A stretch of DNA of 64,000 nucleotides, from positions 1,203,002 to 1,267,001 of the forward strand of contig CAXXLF010000001.1 of assembly GCA_963664015.2 (NCBI GenBank). The letters are read 5' to 3'. The translations under genes were made by a program, and so were the position numbers. Each line of letters begins with the position of its first letter. The stretch's first letter is position 1. The DNA is from Candidatus Binatia bacterium (GTDB lineage Bacteria; Desulfobacterota; Binatia; UBA9968; CAXXLF01). Shown here one piece after another: positions 1 to 13,783 of this stretch. The notes beneath the pieces are model-generated. The model saw only the letters and a list, made by a program, of their open reading frames with translations, was not told where the DNA came from and ran no database searches.

Positions 1-951
1 GCCCATTCATTCTTTCCCTATGAAAACGACATAGAGATCACGGCGGAAGCCAATCCAGGCACGGTGGATAGCAATAACTTTGCCGGGTATCGCAGCTGTG
101 GCGTCAATCGGATCAGCATCGGCGTCCAGTCCTTCGACCCCCGTCGGCTCAAATTCCTGGGCCGAGTGCACAGTGCAGATGAGAGCCGCCAGGCCATGAA
201 AATCATTCGCCAATCAGGTTTTGACAACTTCAATATGGATCTGATGATCGCCCTACCGGGCCAGTCGCAGCCGGACCTGCAGGCAGACCTGGACGAGGCC
301 CTGAGCTTCGATCCCCCGCATCTCTCCGCCTACAATCTTACCTTTGAGGAGGGAACCCCTTTCTACCGGCAATTCCGCTCAGGTAAAATCAGCTCTCTTC
401 CGGAAGACGAAGAAATCGCAATGGCTGAGCTTGTCGAATCTACACTGGCCGGTCACGGTCTGAAACGCTACGAAATCTCCAATTACGCGCGACCTCACCG
501 CCACTCTCGACATAACGTGAATTACTGGGAGTCCGGAGACTACCTGGGCATTGGGGCCGGCGCCCATAGCTTCCAGCAGCACGTAATCTCTCAAACTAGT
601 GAAACTAGTGAAATTGGGGGCAAGCGCTGGCAGAACGAGAAGGACCCGGGACGCTACATAAACCGCATCCAAGATAGGCAGGATAGGCGGGACAGGCAGC
701 AGGCGGTTGTGGAATGCGAAGAAATCGACCTCAACAGGGCGGCGGGAGAATTTATGTTCCTGGGCCTGAGAATGACTCAAGGGATATCGCACCAGACCTT
801 TTTCAGCCGCTTCGGCAAAACCGTCGGCGAATTTTATCCCAAGATCGAGGATTGGACGAAACAGGGCTGGATGGAAGAAATTGACAACCGCTTGCGGCTG
901 ACAGAGAAGGGTCTGATGGTCGCCAATTCTATCTTCGTGGACTTTGTCTGA
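1..951 (+). CDS. hemW: Radical SAM heme chaperone HemW (5' end outside window)
   Basis: Frame is open from base 1 (..EITAEANPGTV..); contains NRISIGVQSF, YEISNYA, HNVNYW and YLGIGAGAHS motifs of HemW/HemN-like proteins. Confidence 0.9.
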   Translation, partial: AHSFFPYENDIEITAEANPGTVDSNNFAGYRSCGVNRISIGVQSFDPRRLKFLGRVHSADESRQAMKIIRQSGFDNFNMDLMIALPGQSQPDLQADLDEALSFDPPHLSAYNLTFEEGTPFYRQFRSGKISSLPEDEEIAMAELVESTLAGHGLKRYEISNYARPHRHSRHNVNYWESGDYLGIGAGAHSFQQHVISQTSETSEIGGKRWQNEKDPGRYINRIQDRQDRRDRQQAVVECEEIDLNRAAGEFMFLGLRMTQGISHQTFFSRFGKTVGEFYPKIEDWTKQGWMEEIDNRLRLTEKGLMVANSIFVDFV

Positions 952-1006
952 CCGGAACGGCCACAGAATCCCCTCTGGCAAGTCTAGGCAGAGTGCCTTT
1001 CGTTGC

Positions 1007-2269
1007 TTAGGTCCCTACGGCCCATGAGGTGAGATAGGTCTTCTGCGTATCGGTGAGCTTGTCTAAGTGGATTCCCATGCTGATGAGCTTCAACCGGGCC
1101 ACCCATTCTTCAACCACAGTGGGAACATCGTAGACCTCGGCCTTGAGCTTCTTGCGGTTTTTCAAGGCCCACTCGGAGGCAAGGGCCTGGGTGGCAAAAC
1201 TCATATCCATGACCGAGGCCGGATGGCCCTCCGCCGCGGCCAGGTTCACCAATCTCCCCTCTCCCAACAGGTAAACGGTTTTTCCACCGCGCAGGGTATA
1301 GGCGTCGACATGATTTCTCACGTTTTTCCGCCGCTTCACCGCCATCTGGTTCAGCCCCTTGAGGTCGATCTCGATGTCAAAGTGTCCCGAGTTGCAGAGG
1401 ATGGCCCCATCCTTCATCACCCGGATATGATCTTTGGAGATAACGTGCATGTCGCCAGTCACCGTGACGAAGAGGTCCCCCACTCTAGCGGCCTCTTTCA
1501 TCGACATCACCTGAAATCCATCCATGACGGCCTCCAGGGCGCGGACCGGATCCACCTCGGTGACGATCACCTGAGCGCCCATGCCTCGTCCCCGGGACGC
1601 CAACCCTTTGCCGCACCATCCGTAACCGGCTATGACCATCCGTTTTCCCGCCAGAAGAACATCCGTTGCACGGATGATACCGTCGATGGTCGACTGACCG
1701 GTACCGTATCGATTGTCGAATAGGTGTTTGGTCGCGGCATCGTTTACGGCTATCACCGGGATCTTCAGCGCGCCATCCTGCGCCAACGCGCGCAGGCGAA
1801 TGACACCCGTGGTGGTCTCCTCCATGCTGGCTACCATCTGGGGGGCAAACTTGGTGTACTCTTTATGAAGCAAGGAAACCAGGTCCGCTCCGTCGTCCAG
1901 GGTAAGGAGCGGTTTGTGATCCAGAGCCGCACGCAGATGGCGATAATAGGTCCTACGGTCTTCACCGCGTACGGCGTAGACTGAGATACGGTCGTGCTTG
2001 ACCAGCGAGGCCGCCACATCGTCCTGCGTGGAAAGCGGATTGGACGCGCAAAGGAGAACTTGAGCACCTCCGGCTTTGAGCGCCCTAAGCAGATTAGCCG
2101 TTTCTGCGGTCACGTGAAGACAAGCCGAAACGCGCATCCCTCGAAGGGGCTTTTCTTTCAAAAAGCGGTCGCGTACTTTGCGCAAGACGGGCATCTCCTG
2201 ATCAGCCCACAGGACGCGCTTTCTTCCGTCATCAGCCAAACGCATACTCTTAACATGGTATTTATTCAT
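1007..2269 (-). CDS. ahcY: Adenosylhomocysteinase
   Basis: [54 protein letters not shown] motifs. Confidence 0.97.
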   Translation of the reverse strand: MNKYHVKSMRLADDGRKRVLWADQEMPVLRKVRDRFLKEKPLRGMRVSACLHVTAETANLLRALKAGGAQVLLCASNPLSTQDDVAASLVKHDRISVYAVRGEDRRTYYRHLRAALDHKPLLTLDDGADLVSLLHKEYTKFAPQMVASMEETTTGVIRLRALAQDGALKIPVIAVNDAATKHLFDNRYGTGQSTIDGIIRATDVLLAGKRMVIAGYGWCGKGLASRGRGMGAQVIVTEVDPVRALEAVMDGFQVMSMKEAARVGDLFVTVTGDMHVISKDHIRVMKDGAILCNSGHFDIEIDLKGLNQMAVKRRKNVRNHVDAYTLRGGKTVYLLGEGRLVNLAAAEGHPASVMDMSFATQALASEWALKNRKKLKAEVYDVPTVVEEWVARLKLISMGIHLDKLTDTQKTYLTSWAVGT

Positions 2270-2307
2270 TCTTCGATTCTCCCTCTCCGCCCGTCAACCG
2301 GATTTTT

Positions 2308-3512
2308 TCAGCGCTTTGCTACAGCTTTTACAAGGTCGTCCGCCCGATCGGTTCTTTCCCAGGTGAAAGTGCCGTTCACAGGGGTGCGGCAAAGTGGCCG
2401 TAGGCGGCGGTAGGTCTATAGATGGGTTTTCTCAAATCCAAAATTTCAATAATGCCTTTGGGTCTGAGATTGAACTGTTCACGTACAATCTCGGCCAATA
2501 CGGTATCCGGTGCAACTCCCGTTCCGAAGGAATCCACCGCAACGGAAACCGGTTCCGGTACTCCAATAACGTAGGCCATCTGGACTTCGCACTTTTTAGC
2601 CAGTTTGGCGGCCACGATGTTCTTGGCAATGTAGCGGGCCATGTAGGCCGCGCTGCGATCCACCTTGGAGGGGTCTTTACCGGAAAAGGCACCTCCGCCG
2701 TGGCGGCCCATACCGCCGTATGTATCCACAATGATCTTCCGCCCCGTCAGTCCGCAGTCGCCCTGAGGGCCACCGATCTCGAAACGGCCGGTTGGGTTCA
2801 CGTGATACACCGTGTCCTTGTCCATATAGTGTGAAGGCACCACGGCTTTGATCACACCATCGATCACGGTCTCTCTGAGCTTTTCGTAGGTAACTTCCGG
2901 ACTGTGCTGCGTCGAGATAACGACGCTGCTCACCCTGACCGGTTTGCCACCATCGTACTCGACGGTGACTTGAGACTTGCTGTCCGGCCGTATAAACGGG
3001 GCTTCGCCTCCCTTTCGGATTTTGGCCAGGTAGCTAACTAGCTTGTGGGCCAACTGGATCGGCAGAGGCATGAGTTCCGGGGTCTCATCACAAGCAAAAC
3101 CGAACATCATCCCCTGGTCACCGGCCCCTTGTTCCTTATGGAGCCCCTCTCCTTCAGTCACGCCAATGGAAATGTCCTGGGATTGGGGATCCACGGCAAC
3201 GAGCATAGAGCACCGATTGGCATCAAATCCCTTGGCCAAATCATCGTAACCGATATCCAAAACGACCTGACGAGCGACGTCGGCGTAACTGACCCGCGCA
3301 TTGCTCGTGATCTCGCCGGCAATCACCATGATGCCGCTCTTGACCAAGGCTTCACAGGCCACCCGGCTATTGGGATCCTCCGCCAAATGGGCGTCGAGGA
3401 TTGCATCGGAAATCTGATCGCAGACCTTGTCTGGATGTCCTTCCGAAACCGACTCGGAGGTAAAAAGGGTGTCTCCCTTTTTCATACTTGCTACTTTAAT
3501 TCGCTCTGCCAT
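2308..3512 (-). CDS. metK: S-adenosylmethionine synthetase, with an apparent 1-bp deletion near 2390
   Basis: [26 protein letters not shown] motifs. The ORF as read stops at 2376 (GHFAAPL*); adding one G restores [30 protein letters not shown] ending at 2308. Confidence 0.95.
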
Positions 3513-3584
3513 TCTCCCAGTCTCCCCTCAACGACTACTTACTAAAGTGTCATTGCATAGCGGACAGGGTACGGAAAATCAAGC

Positions 3585-3860
3585 TCAATCACCCTCGTGA
3601 AACTTTTTTTCAAAAATTTCTTCAATCGCGTGCATAGATTCTTTAGCGTCCGCGCCATTGGCGACGATACTCACCGTGCTACCCTTGGCGGCTCCCAGGG
3701 TCAAGATCCCAATGATACTTCTCCCGTCCACCACCTGACCGTCTTTGCCGATCTTGACCTCCGCCGCATACCGGTTCACGGTCTGCACTAAAAGGGCGGC
3801 CGCCCGCGCGTGCAAACCGAGCCTGTTCTTGACGTTGAGTTTCTTGCTGATCTTCGACAT
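3585..3860 (-). CDS. ptsH: HPr/NPr phosphocarrier protein
   Basis: GLHARAA and DGRSIIGILTLGA motifs; rpoN-operon context. Confidence 0.93.
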   Translation of the reverse strand: MSKISKKLNVKNRLGLHARAAALLVQTVNRYAAEVKIGKDGQVVDGRSIIGILTLGAAKGSTVSIVANGADAKESMHAIEEIFEKKFHEGD

Positions 3861-3864
3861 CGCA

Positions 3865-4731
3865 CTACTTATCGATGTCGCGGTGCTGGATGTGGATACC
3901 CAACTGCCCCCCGCCCAACCTTCGCTTCAGCTCCTCGACCAAGACCACTGAGCGGTGTCGCCCACCGGTACAACCAAGGGCTAGGGACAAATTGCTTTTG
4001 CCCTCCCGTTGGTACTGGGGCAGCGTGTATTCCAAAAGGGAGCATAGACGACCCAAGAATTCCCCCGTTTCTTCCCGTTTGAGCAAATAGTCGCGCACCT
4101 CGTGGTCCAGACCACTCTTTCCCCTCAGCTCATTGATAAAAAAGGGGTTTGGAAGAAAGCGCACATCGATAATCATGTCGGTATCGTGAGGGATGCCGTA
4201 TTTGTAGCCAAAGGAGGTCAGGAAAAAAACCATCTCGCGCCGGCTGAGGATCTGACTGGTGCAATCCTGTATGGCCTTTTTCAGCTCATGGACGTTCAAC
4301 CGGCTCGTATTGATCACCATGTCGGCGGAGGCGAGCATTCCCTCCAGCTCCTTGCGCTCCCGTGCAATCCCCTGTTGGACAGAGCCGGACCCGGCCAGTG
4401 GATGCGGTCTACGGGTTTCGTTGAAACGGCGCAGGAGGATTTCATCGCTGGAGTCAAAGAAGAGGACTTTCAGACGGTGTCCGGCTTGACGGATCTCATC
4501 CAGGATATCGGGCGAATATTGGAAGAAATATCCCGACCGAAGATCGATACCGAGCGCGATCTTCTGAATTTCCTCACGGTAACCCTGGCACAGGTCGATG
4601 AATTTGGGGATCAAAAGAACGGGGAGATTATCAATGCAGAAAAAGCCGTCGTCCTCAAGCGCTCGAATGGCGTTACTCTTACCTGAGCCCGATAACCCCG
4701 TGACTACGATAATATCCAAGGCTTCGGCCAT
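3865..4731 (-). CDS. rapZ: RNase adapter RapZ
   Basis: GLSGSGKS, DNLP, SFGYKYG, DVRFLPNP, GCTGGRHRSV motifs. Confidence 0.95.
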   Translation of the reverse strand: MAEALDIIVVTGLSGSGKSNAIRALEDDGFFCIDNLPVLLIPKFIDLCQGYREEIQKIALGIDLRSGYFFQYSPDILDEIRQAGHRLKVLFFDSSDEILLRRFNETRRPHPLAGSGSVQQGIARERKELEGMLASADMVINTSRLNVHELKKAIQDCTSQILSRREMVFFLTSFGYKYGIPHDTDMIIDVRFLPNPFFINELRGKSGLDHEVRDYLLKREETGEFLGRLCSLLEYTLPQYQREGKSNLSLALGCTGGRHRSVVLVEELKRRLGGGQLGIHIQHRDIDK

Positions 4732-4736
4732 AACCG

Positions 4737-5198
4737 TTAGGGTTTGCTGTCTTCCCCCTCAATGATCGTGAAGATTTCTTGCTCCGTCCTGCCCGCGATA
4801 ATCCTCTTCCGAAACTCTGCCTTCTTGAGCAGGCGGGAGATTCTGGCCAGGGCTTCCAGGTGGTCGGAGGCTGCATCTTCAGGAGCAATGAGGAAGAAAA
4901 AGAGATGCGTTGCCTGACCGTCGGGAGATTGAAAATCGATCCCGCTGGAGCTGCGGCCTAATACGGCCAGACTTCGAGCGACCCCTGACATCTTGCCATG
5001 GGGGATCGCCACTCCTTCTCCAATGGCGGTACTGGCCAACTTCTCTCGTGCGAGAACAGTCTCCAGAATCTTTCCGGCATCCGAAACATCACAATGGTTC
5101 GCCGCCTCCTGCGCCAACTCCTTTAGGACCGAATCTTTATCTCGGGCCTTGAGTTCCAGAATGATTCGTTCAGCCTGCAATAAATCTGTGATTCGCAA
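4737..5198 (-). CDS. ptsN: PTS EIIA (nitrogen-regulatory type)
   Basis: REKLASTAIGEGVAIPHG motif; downstream of rpoN. Confidence 0.9.
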   Translation of the reverse strand: MRITDLLQAERIILELKARDKDSVLKELAQEAANHCDVSDAGKILETVLAREKLASTAIGEGVAIPHGKMSGVARSLAVLGRSSSGIDFQSPDGQATHLFFFLIAPEDAASDHLEALARISRLLKKAEFRKRIIAGRTEQEIFTIIEGEDSKP

Positions 5199-5395
5199 CT
5201 TGGACCTTTCTTTTCCTGTGTTGAATTAGTGATGAATCACCCTGTCTATGAAATTTCAATTCCTCTGAGGTTGTACCTGAACATGCTGGCAGGGTTTAAG
5301 GGGCGCTTGGCCAATAAAATCCTATAGAGCTATTTCACCTATAGCAATCCGGATGGATCAGGTCCACCAGATTTGAAACGCATGGTTTCTTAAAA

Positions 5396-6853
5396 CTACC
5401 TACGGAGGTACGGCTGCCTACGCCGGGAGGATGTAAGAATCCCCATGGCCTCACGGTACTTACCCACCGTACGTCGGGCGATGTCAATGGCCTGTTCCTC
5501 GAGAACCCGGGCAAGGTCCTGATCGCTGTATGGTTTTTTGGGATCCTCGGCAGAGATAAGGTTGCGGATTTTTTCCCTCACGCTTTCAGAGGCCACATCC
5601 TCGCCATTGCCCCGGCGCAGGCCACTCTGGAAAAAGTATTTTAGTTCATAAAGCCCCTGGGGGGTATAGACGTATTTGTTGGCCGTCGCCCGGCTCACTG
5701 TGGACTCGTGCATGCCGATATCCCCCGCCACATCCCTGAGCACCATCGGCTTCAAGTTGCTAACCCCCGAATCCAGGAACTCGGACTGAAACTTGAAGAT
5801 ACTCTGGGTCACCCGATAGAGGGTCTGCTGTCTCCAGTGAATGCTCTTGATTAACCAGGTGGCTGCTCTGACTTTCTCTTCGAGGTAAGCCCTTGCCTTG
5901 GCCGCCTCTTCACCCTCGGCCCCATTCAAACGATGGTATAAGGAACTCACCCTGAGCTGAGGCACCCCGTCATCGTTGAGAAGCACCACATACTCGTCGC
6001 CAAGTTTTTGTATTGTAACATCTGGAATAATGGTGCGAACCTGCTCGTCGCCAAATCCCCGTGCCGGTTTGGGTTCCAAGGTGGCAATCAGCTGGGCCGC
6101 ATCCAACGCCTCATCCACAGTGATACTCAGATTTCGGGCCACCCGCTCATATCGTCTTGTTTCCAGCTCAGACAGATGTCCGGCGACAATACGGGCCGCC
6201 AAACTGTCCGATAGTCCAAGATTTTCTAACTGAATGAGCAGGCATTCCTTCAGATCGCGCGCTGCAACACCTATGGGATCGAAACGCTGGATACGCTTCA
6301 AGACCCGCTCTGCATCCTCAATTGACGCCCCGGTGACCCGACAGGCATCGTCCAGTGAAATCTCCAGGTACCCCTTCTCGTCCAGATTACCCACAATGTA
6401 CTGGCCGATCTGCTGGCCACGTTCCTCTAGATCGGACAGGCGCAATTGCCAAACCAAATGATCTTGAAGTGAGTCTTTTTTGGTGAGGGTATTTTCCCAT
6501 GACGGGTAACCGTCCCCGTCATCGCGGCCGGCCTCTGCCGACAGGGACCCGTGTGTGGAGTTGGAGCCGTGGTTATCCAGGTAGTCCTGCCAGTCAACGG
6601 ATCCGATTTGGTCCGTCGAATCCGAGGATAATACCTCCTGGGTTTTTTCCGGTAGCTTCTGCTCTGCGGCAGCACCCTCCTCCTCCTCACCTCCCGCACC
6701 TTCTTCCAATGCTGGATTTTCCTGCAATTCTTGTGAGATGAGACCCTCAAGATCGATATGGGACAACTGAAGCAGCTTGATGGCCTGCTGCAGTTGTGGC
6801 GTCATGACAAGCTGCTGGGCAAGTTTCTGTATGAGTCGAATCTCAAGTGCCAT
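5396..6853 (-). CDS. rpoN: RNA polymerase sigma-54 factor
   Basis: MTPQLQQAIKLLQL region I, HESTVSR and ARRTVGKYR RpoN box. Confidence 0.97.
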   Translation of the reverse strand: MALEIRLIQKLAQQLVMTPQLQQAIKLLQLSHIDLEGLISQELQENPALEEGAGGEEEEGAAAEQKLPEKTQEVLSSDSTDQIGSVDWQDYLDNHGSNSTHGSLSAEAGRDDGDGYPSWENTLTKKDSLQDHLVWQLRLSDLEERGQQIGQYIVGNLDEKGYLEISLDDACRVTGASIEDAERVLKRIQRFDPIGVAARDLKECLLIQLENLGLSDSLAARIVAGHLSELETRRYERVARNLSITVDEALDAAQLIATLEPKPARGFGDEQVRTIIPDVTIQKLGDEYVVLLNDDGVPQLRVSSLYHRLNGAEGEEAAKARAYLEEKVRAATWLIKSIHWRQQTLYRVTQSIFKFQSEFLDSGVSNLKPMVLRDVAGDIGMHESTVSRATANKYVYTPQGLYELKYFFQSGLRRGNGEDVASESVREKIRNLISAEDPKKPYSDQDLARVLEEQAIDIARRTVGKYREAMGILTSSRRRQPYLRR

Positions 6854-6855
6854 AA

Positions 6856-7578
6856 CTAAAGCCTGAATCCTTCGCCTAGATAAACGCTACGAGCCTTTGG
6901 GCTGGAAGCAATCGTGTGAGGGCTACCCTCTTCCAAGATCACTCCATCGCTCAAAATATAGGCTCGATCACAAATTCCCAAAGTTTCTCGCACATTATGA
7001 TCCGTAATGAGAATTCCGATACCACTGGTCGTGAGCTTACGAATGATTTTTTGAATTTCGGCAACGGCGATGGGGTCCACCCCCGTAAAGGGCTCATCCA
7101 GAAGGACAAAGAACGGAGAAAGCACAAGGGCACGGGCGATCTCAAGCCTGCGCCGCTCACCTCCCGACAGGGTATATGCCTTGTGTTTGACCAGGTGGGT
7201 GATCCCAAGCATCCGCATGAGCGTCTTGCAACGGGCCTCGCGTTCCTCGCGGGTTATGTTCAAAGTCTCCAGGATCGCAAAGAGATTGTTCTCGACGGTC
7301 ATACGTCGGAATATGGAGGCTTCCTGGGGCAGGTAGCTGATACCGGCACGCGCCCTACGGTAGATCGGCGCCAAAGTGAGGTCCTTGTCGTTCAAGAAGA
7401 CCTGTCCTTGCTCCGGTCGGACTAGACCCACCATCATGTGGAAGGTTGTCGTCTTTCCCGCTCCATTGGGCCCCAGCAGACCAACGACCTCTCCGCTTTG
7501 GATGTTCAAATGAACCTGGTTCACAACACGGCGGCCATGAAATGATTTCGTGACTCCCTGGGCCTTGAGAACGTTCAC
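6856..7578 (-). CDS. lptB: LPS export ABC transporter ATP-binding protein
   Basis: GPNGAGKTT, LSGGERRR, DEPFTGVDP, ITDHNVRETL, YLGEGFRL. Confidence 0.96.
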   Translation of the reverse strand: MNVLKAQGVTKSFHGRRVVNQVHLNIQSGEVVGLLGPNGAGKTTTFHMMVGLVRPEQGQVFLNDKDLTLAPIYRRARAGISYLPQEASIFRRMTVENNLFAILETLNITREEREARCKTLMRMLGITHLVKHKAYTLSGGERRRLEIARALVLSPFFVLLDEPFTGVDPIAVAEIQKIIRKLTTSGIGILITDHNVRETLGICDRAYILSDGVILEEGSPHTIASSPKARSVYLGEGFRL

Positions 7579-8129
7579 TTCTTGCCTCCAAGATCCTTGG
7601 CATCCAATTCATCAGGGAAGATCACCGCCTTGACCCTTTCTTTACCGCCTTCGACGATGCCCCGGTCTTCATTGAGATAGAGGATAATTCGGGTACCGCT
7701 GACCTGACTGTTCCCCTGGCTCACCGAAGGCTTACCCGTCAAGGTTACCGTGTTTTTTACAATGCTGAAGACCGCCCGGTTTCCCGTGGCCACTCGATCC
7801 CCCTGAGTCACCACCAGATTGCCCTGAGCAATCACCTTATCGATTCGTTTGGCAAGGGGGTTGTAAGTGGCGGTGAGAGTATCGCTCTTCAGCGTGACAT
7901 CACCACGTACGGCAACCACGTTTCCCTTATATTGTATACTGTTCTTTTTCTGATCCATCGCCATGCGATCGGACGTTATCGTAATCGGCTCTTGTTTGAC
8001 CGTATCCTTTTTCAACCCTCGGCTTTTTTTTGACCTTGCCCCCTGGGCCCCCCAAACAGGAGCGGCCATAAGGGTGATCACCACAAAACACCAGAGAGTG
8101 ATTAAAGAGTTTGATTTTCGGATCTGCAT
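7575..8129 (-). CDS. lptA: LPS transport periplasmic protein LptA
   Basis: Signal peptide, OstA-type beta-jellyroll pattern (PITITSD..GNV), lies between lptC and lptB. Confidence 0.88.
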   Translation of the reverse strand: MQIRKSNSLITLWCFVVITLMAAPVWGAQGARSKKSRGLKKDTVKQEPITITSDRMAMDQKKNSIQYKGNVVAVRGDVTLKSDTLTATYNPLAKRIDKVIAQGNLVVTQGDRVATGNRAVFSIVKNTVTLTGKPSVSQGNSQVSGTRIILYLNEDRGIVEGGKERVKAVIFPDELDAKDLGGKK

Positions 8130-8144
8130 GCTTCTTTCACAACC

Positions 8145-8753
8145 TCAACCGGTTTTAATCTTTTTCCCCTCGAGGAGGTCAGGCTCGATTCGGGTCTTCA
8201 CTTTCTGGTGCAGGCGAATGGTTTCGTCCTTCAGGGAAATGTCCGCCCCTATCCCTTCCATGGTGAGACCGGTGCCGATCATATCGACCTTACTCTCAGA
8301 GACGACCTGGCCCCCTTTTTGAAAATAGACGATCTCATCGGTTTTGAGAATGTATCCCTGGTAATGGACTTCCACGTTTCCCTGTAACTGTATCTTCTCG
8401 ATTTCCCGCTGGACCAAAAAGAGACGCCCTTGATCCCCCTGGACTTGGATGGGCTCCCCACTTTCATGGTAAAAGGTGAGCCTCGGTCTCGTGATCAAGG
8501 CCTCCTTGTTGTCCTTGAGGTAGACGGCCTCGTCGCCCGTGACTTCCCAGAGCTTGCGCCCCGCTTCCACCTTGCTGTGCCGAAAACTCTTTAACTGAAG
8601 CTCCGCCTCCGGGACGACATCCAAGAGCTTGGTCGGATCCCGCTGGAATTCCAGGACCTTCTGCATCCACAGAGTCTCGGCAACCTTGTAAACGACACCG
8701 ATGACCGAGACACCGATGAGCATGAGGATTAAGATTCGTGCCCCTCTATTCAT
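8145..8753 (-). CDS. lptC: LPS export protein LptC
   Basis: N-terminal TM helix plus beta-rich periplasmic domain; kdsC-lptC-lptA synteny. Confidence 0.82.
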   Translation of the reverse strand: MNRGARILILMLIGVSVIGVVYKVAETLWMQKVLEFQRDPTKLLDVVPEAELQLKSFRHSKVEAGRKLWEVTGDEAVYLKDNKEALITRPRLTFYHESGEPIQVQGDQGRLFLVQREIEKIQLQGNVEVHYQGYILKTDEIVYFQKGGQVVSESKVDMIGTGLTMEGIGADISLKDETIRLHQKVKTRIEPDLLEGKKIKTG

Positions 8754-8900
8754 GGGATTTCCTAAACACAATCAATTTTTCAAACTATCACTATTCACCA
8801 AACCTGTAAAGAAACTAGGCATGGATATTGCGTTTGCCCCATATGTTGAGCCTAAGCCTGCTAAAGATAATAACAAAATGGTGGAACAACGGACAGAAGG

Positions 8901-9437
8901 CTAGGTAAGATACCCTTTAATGAGGGACTGCCACCGGCCCTGGGCGTGGAGAATTATCTCAATCACTTCGCGTACCGCCCCCTGCCCACCTTCCTCCCGA
9001 GTCCGGTAGTGCACCTTGTCTCGGAGATCGCTCGCCGCGTCCTTGACGGCAATGGCCAATCCTACCCGTATTAGAACCGGCAGGTCGACAATATCATCTC
9101 CAATGTAGGCGATTTCAGCGTCAGTCAGGCCGGTCTTCTTTTTGATTTTTCGGTAGGTATCGAGCTTGTTGGCAACCTTTTGGTAAACCATTCGGATTCC
9201 AAGTTCTCTGGCCCGATGGCGTACGGCGATGGAGGAGCGCGACGTCACGAGTCCCAGCCCATGACCGGCCTCGATCCACAATTTGATCCCATGCCCGTCG
9301 TGAACGTTGAAACGCTTGAGCTCCTCGCCACCGGAACCGAAGACGATCCCCCCATCGGTCAGAACTCCGTCCACGTCAAGCAAAAGCAGCTTGATTTTTC
9401 GGGCTTTCTTTCGAATGTTTGAAGGGATAGGACCCAC
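8901..9437 (-). CDS. kdsC: KDO 8-phosphate phosphatase
   Basis: HAD motif DVDGVLTDG, YIGDDIVD, GGQGAVRE. Confidence 0.94.
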   Translation of the reverse strand: MGPIPSNIRKKARKIKLLLLDVDGVLTDGGIVFGSGGEELKRFNVHDGHGIKLWIEAGHGLGLVTSRSSIAVRHRARELGIRMVYQKVANKLDTYRKIKKKTGLTDAEIAYIGDDIVDLPVLIRVGLAIAVKDAASDLRDKVHYRTREEGGQGAVREVIEIILHAQGRWQSLIKGYLT

Positions 9438-9445
9438 GGCAGAAG

Positions 9446-10420
9446 TCAGATTCCGACTTTCAACAAATCATGGAGATGAACAACGCCTGTGGGCTTGCGT
9501 CCCCCATCTTCGATGACAAACAGGGAAGTAATGGAGAGTCCTTCCATCAGGCCAAGGGCCGCTACCGCCAGCGCGTCGGCCACGATGGTTTTGGGATTCC
9601 GGGTCATCAGCTCTTTCGCCTTGAAGCGGAAGATATCGCCCCTTCCCTCCAAGCCTCTGCGCAGGTCCCCATCGGTGATCACCCCAACCAGCCGGCCCTG
9701 GCTATCCACAACACCCGTCACCCCAAGACGCTTTGAGGTTATCTCCAGCAGGGTCTCTTTCATCGGAGTGGCCTCTTTGACCAGCGGGAGTTCGTCGCCG
9801 TCATGCATCACGTCCTCGACATGAAGCAACAGCTTTCGACCCAAGATCCCGCCGGGATGCCTGAGTGCAAAGTCCTCTTCCTTAAACCCCCGCTCACGTA
9901 AAAGAACTACCGCCAACGCATCCCCCATAGCCAGGGCGGCGGTCGTACTTGCCGTAGGCGCCAGTCCCAGGGGGCAGGCCTCTTCCTTGACCGACACGTT
10001 CAAGACCACATCACCGGCCTTGGACAGGGATGAGTTGGGATGACCTGTCATGACGATAACCTTCAATGCAAGCCGTTTAACGATGGGAATCAACTTAAGA
10101 ATCTCTTCCGTCTCGCCACTGTTGGACACCGCCAGCACGATATCCCCCTTCATCATCATGCCCAGATCCCCGTGAATACCGTCACCCGCATGAAGGAACA
10201 AGGAGGGAGTTCCCGTGCTGGCCATGGTGGCTGCGATCTTACGGCAGATGAGCCCTGATTTTCCGATACCCGTAACAATCACCTTGCCCTGGCACTTGTA
10301 GAGCAACTCCACGGCCCGGACGAAGCTATCATCCAATCGATCCCTGAGCGTTTGGAGGCCGTTGACCTCCACGTCGAGAACTTCCCGCGCCCGTTCCAGG
10401 ATCTTCGCACGATTTATCAC
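9446..10420 (-). CDS. kdsD: Arabinose-5-phosphate isomerase (KpsF/GutQ, SIS + CBS)
   Basis: GIGKSG, HGDLG, APTAST, HPGG motifs and two CBS domains. Confidence 0.94.
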   Translation of the reverse strand: MINRAKILERAREVLDVEVNGLQTLRDRLDDSFVRAVELLYKCQGKVIVTGIGKSGLICRKIAATMASTGTPSLFLHAGDGIHGDLGMMMKGDIVLAVSNSGETEEILKLIPIVKRLALKVIVMTGHPNSSLSKAGDVVLNVSVKEEACPLGLAPTASTTAALAMGDALAVVLLRERGFKEEDFALRHPGGILGRKLLLHVEDVMHDGDELPLVKEATPMKETLLEITSKRLGVTGVVDSQGRLVGVITDGDLRRGLEGRGDIFRFKAKELMTRNPKTIVADALAVAALGLMEGLSITSLFVIEDGGRKPTGVVHLHDLLKVGI

Positions 10421-11259
10421 GATGAGACCCGTATCCTGTCTTTGACCGAACTGTCAATTTCTTTGAGGCACCGGAGCAATTCCTCGAGCTCATTCATGGG
10501 CAGTGAATTGGGACCGTCACTAAGGGCCCGATCAGGATCTTCATGGACCTCCATAAAAACCGCATCCACTCCTACCGCCACCCCGGCCCGGGCCAGGGCC
10601 GAGATAAACTGCCGTTGCCCGCCTGACGCCTTTCCCATCCCGCCGGGGAGCTGCAGGCTATGCGTCGCATCGAACACGACAGGGCAGCCGAATTCCCTCA
10701 TGATCATGAGCGAGCGCATATCCGCAACCAGGTTATTGTAGCCGAAAGACACTCCCCGTTCGGTCACCAACACCCTTTGGTTGCCCGTTACAACGATCTT
10801 ATCGACCACGTTACTAAGATCCCAGGGGGCTAAGAACTGGCCCTTCTTTATATTGATGACCCGGCCGGACCGGGCCACGGCTAGGACGAAATCCGTTTGA
10901 CGGCAGAGAAAAGCGGGAATTTGCAGCACATCGACCACTTCCTTGACCAAGTCAACCTGCTCCTGTTCGTGGACGTCTGTAAGGAGTGGCACACCCACCG
11001 TCTTTTTAACCTCGGCCAGGATCTCCAGGCCCTTCTCAATACCAGGCCCACGATAGGAGTCGAGGGAAGTTCGGTTGGCCTTGTCGTAAGAAGACTTGTA
11101 AATGAAGGGGATACCTACCCGGTCGGTAATCTCCTTGAGTTGGGACGCGTGGCGCAGTGCCGCGTCCCGCCCCTCGATGACGCAGGGACCGGCAATCAAG
11201 GCCAACGGTTTTCCTGCACCTATCTCGACTCCGCCAATATTCAGTTTTTCAAGTGGCAT
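10417..11259 (-). CDS. kdsA: KDO 8-phosphate synthase
   Basis: [25 protein letters not shown] motifs. Confidence 0.97.
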   Translation of the reverse strand: MPLEKLNIGGVEIGAGKPLALIAGPCVIEGRDAALRHASQLKEITDRVGIPFIYKSSYDKANRTSLDSYRGPGIEKGLEILAEVKKTVGVPLLTDVHEQEQVDLVKEVVDVLQIPAFLCRQTDFVLAVARSGRVINIKKGQFLAPWDLSNVVDKIVVTGNQRVLVTERGVSFGYNNLVADMRSLMIMREFGCPVVFDATHSLQLPGGMGKASGGQRQFISALARAGVAVGVDAVFMEVHEDPDRALSDGPNSLPMNELEELLRCLKEIDSSVKDRIRVSS

Positions 11260-11271
11260 GACCGTATTCTA

Positions 11272-13679
<2,408 letters not shown>

Positions 13680-13783
13680 AGCTGGATGGCTTTTCTGGTC
13701 TCAGAGACCCGATTTGCAGAGGATTCATATTCCGACATTTCCAGTTCCATGAAGGCCTCCAGGGAATGACGTCCATGATTTTC

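Noticed and set aside
590-705. 9-bp tandem duplications in hemW (AAACTAGTG x2; QDR-QDR-RDR)
   Set aside because: In-frame slippage in variable loops; no sign of function
5199-5395. Absence of hpf between rpoN and ptsN
   Set aside because: Common operon variation; the gene may lie elsewhere
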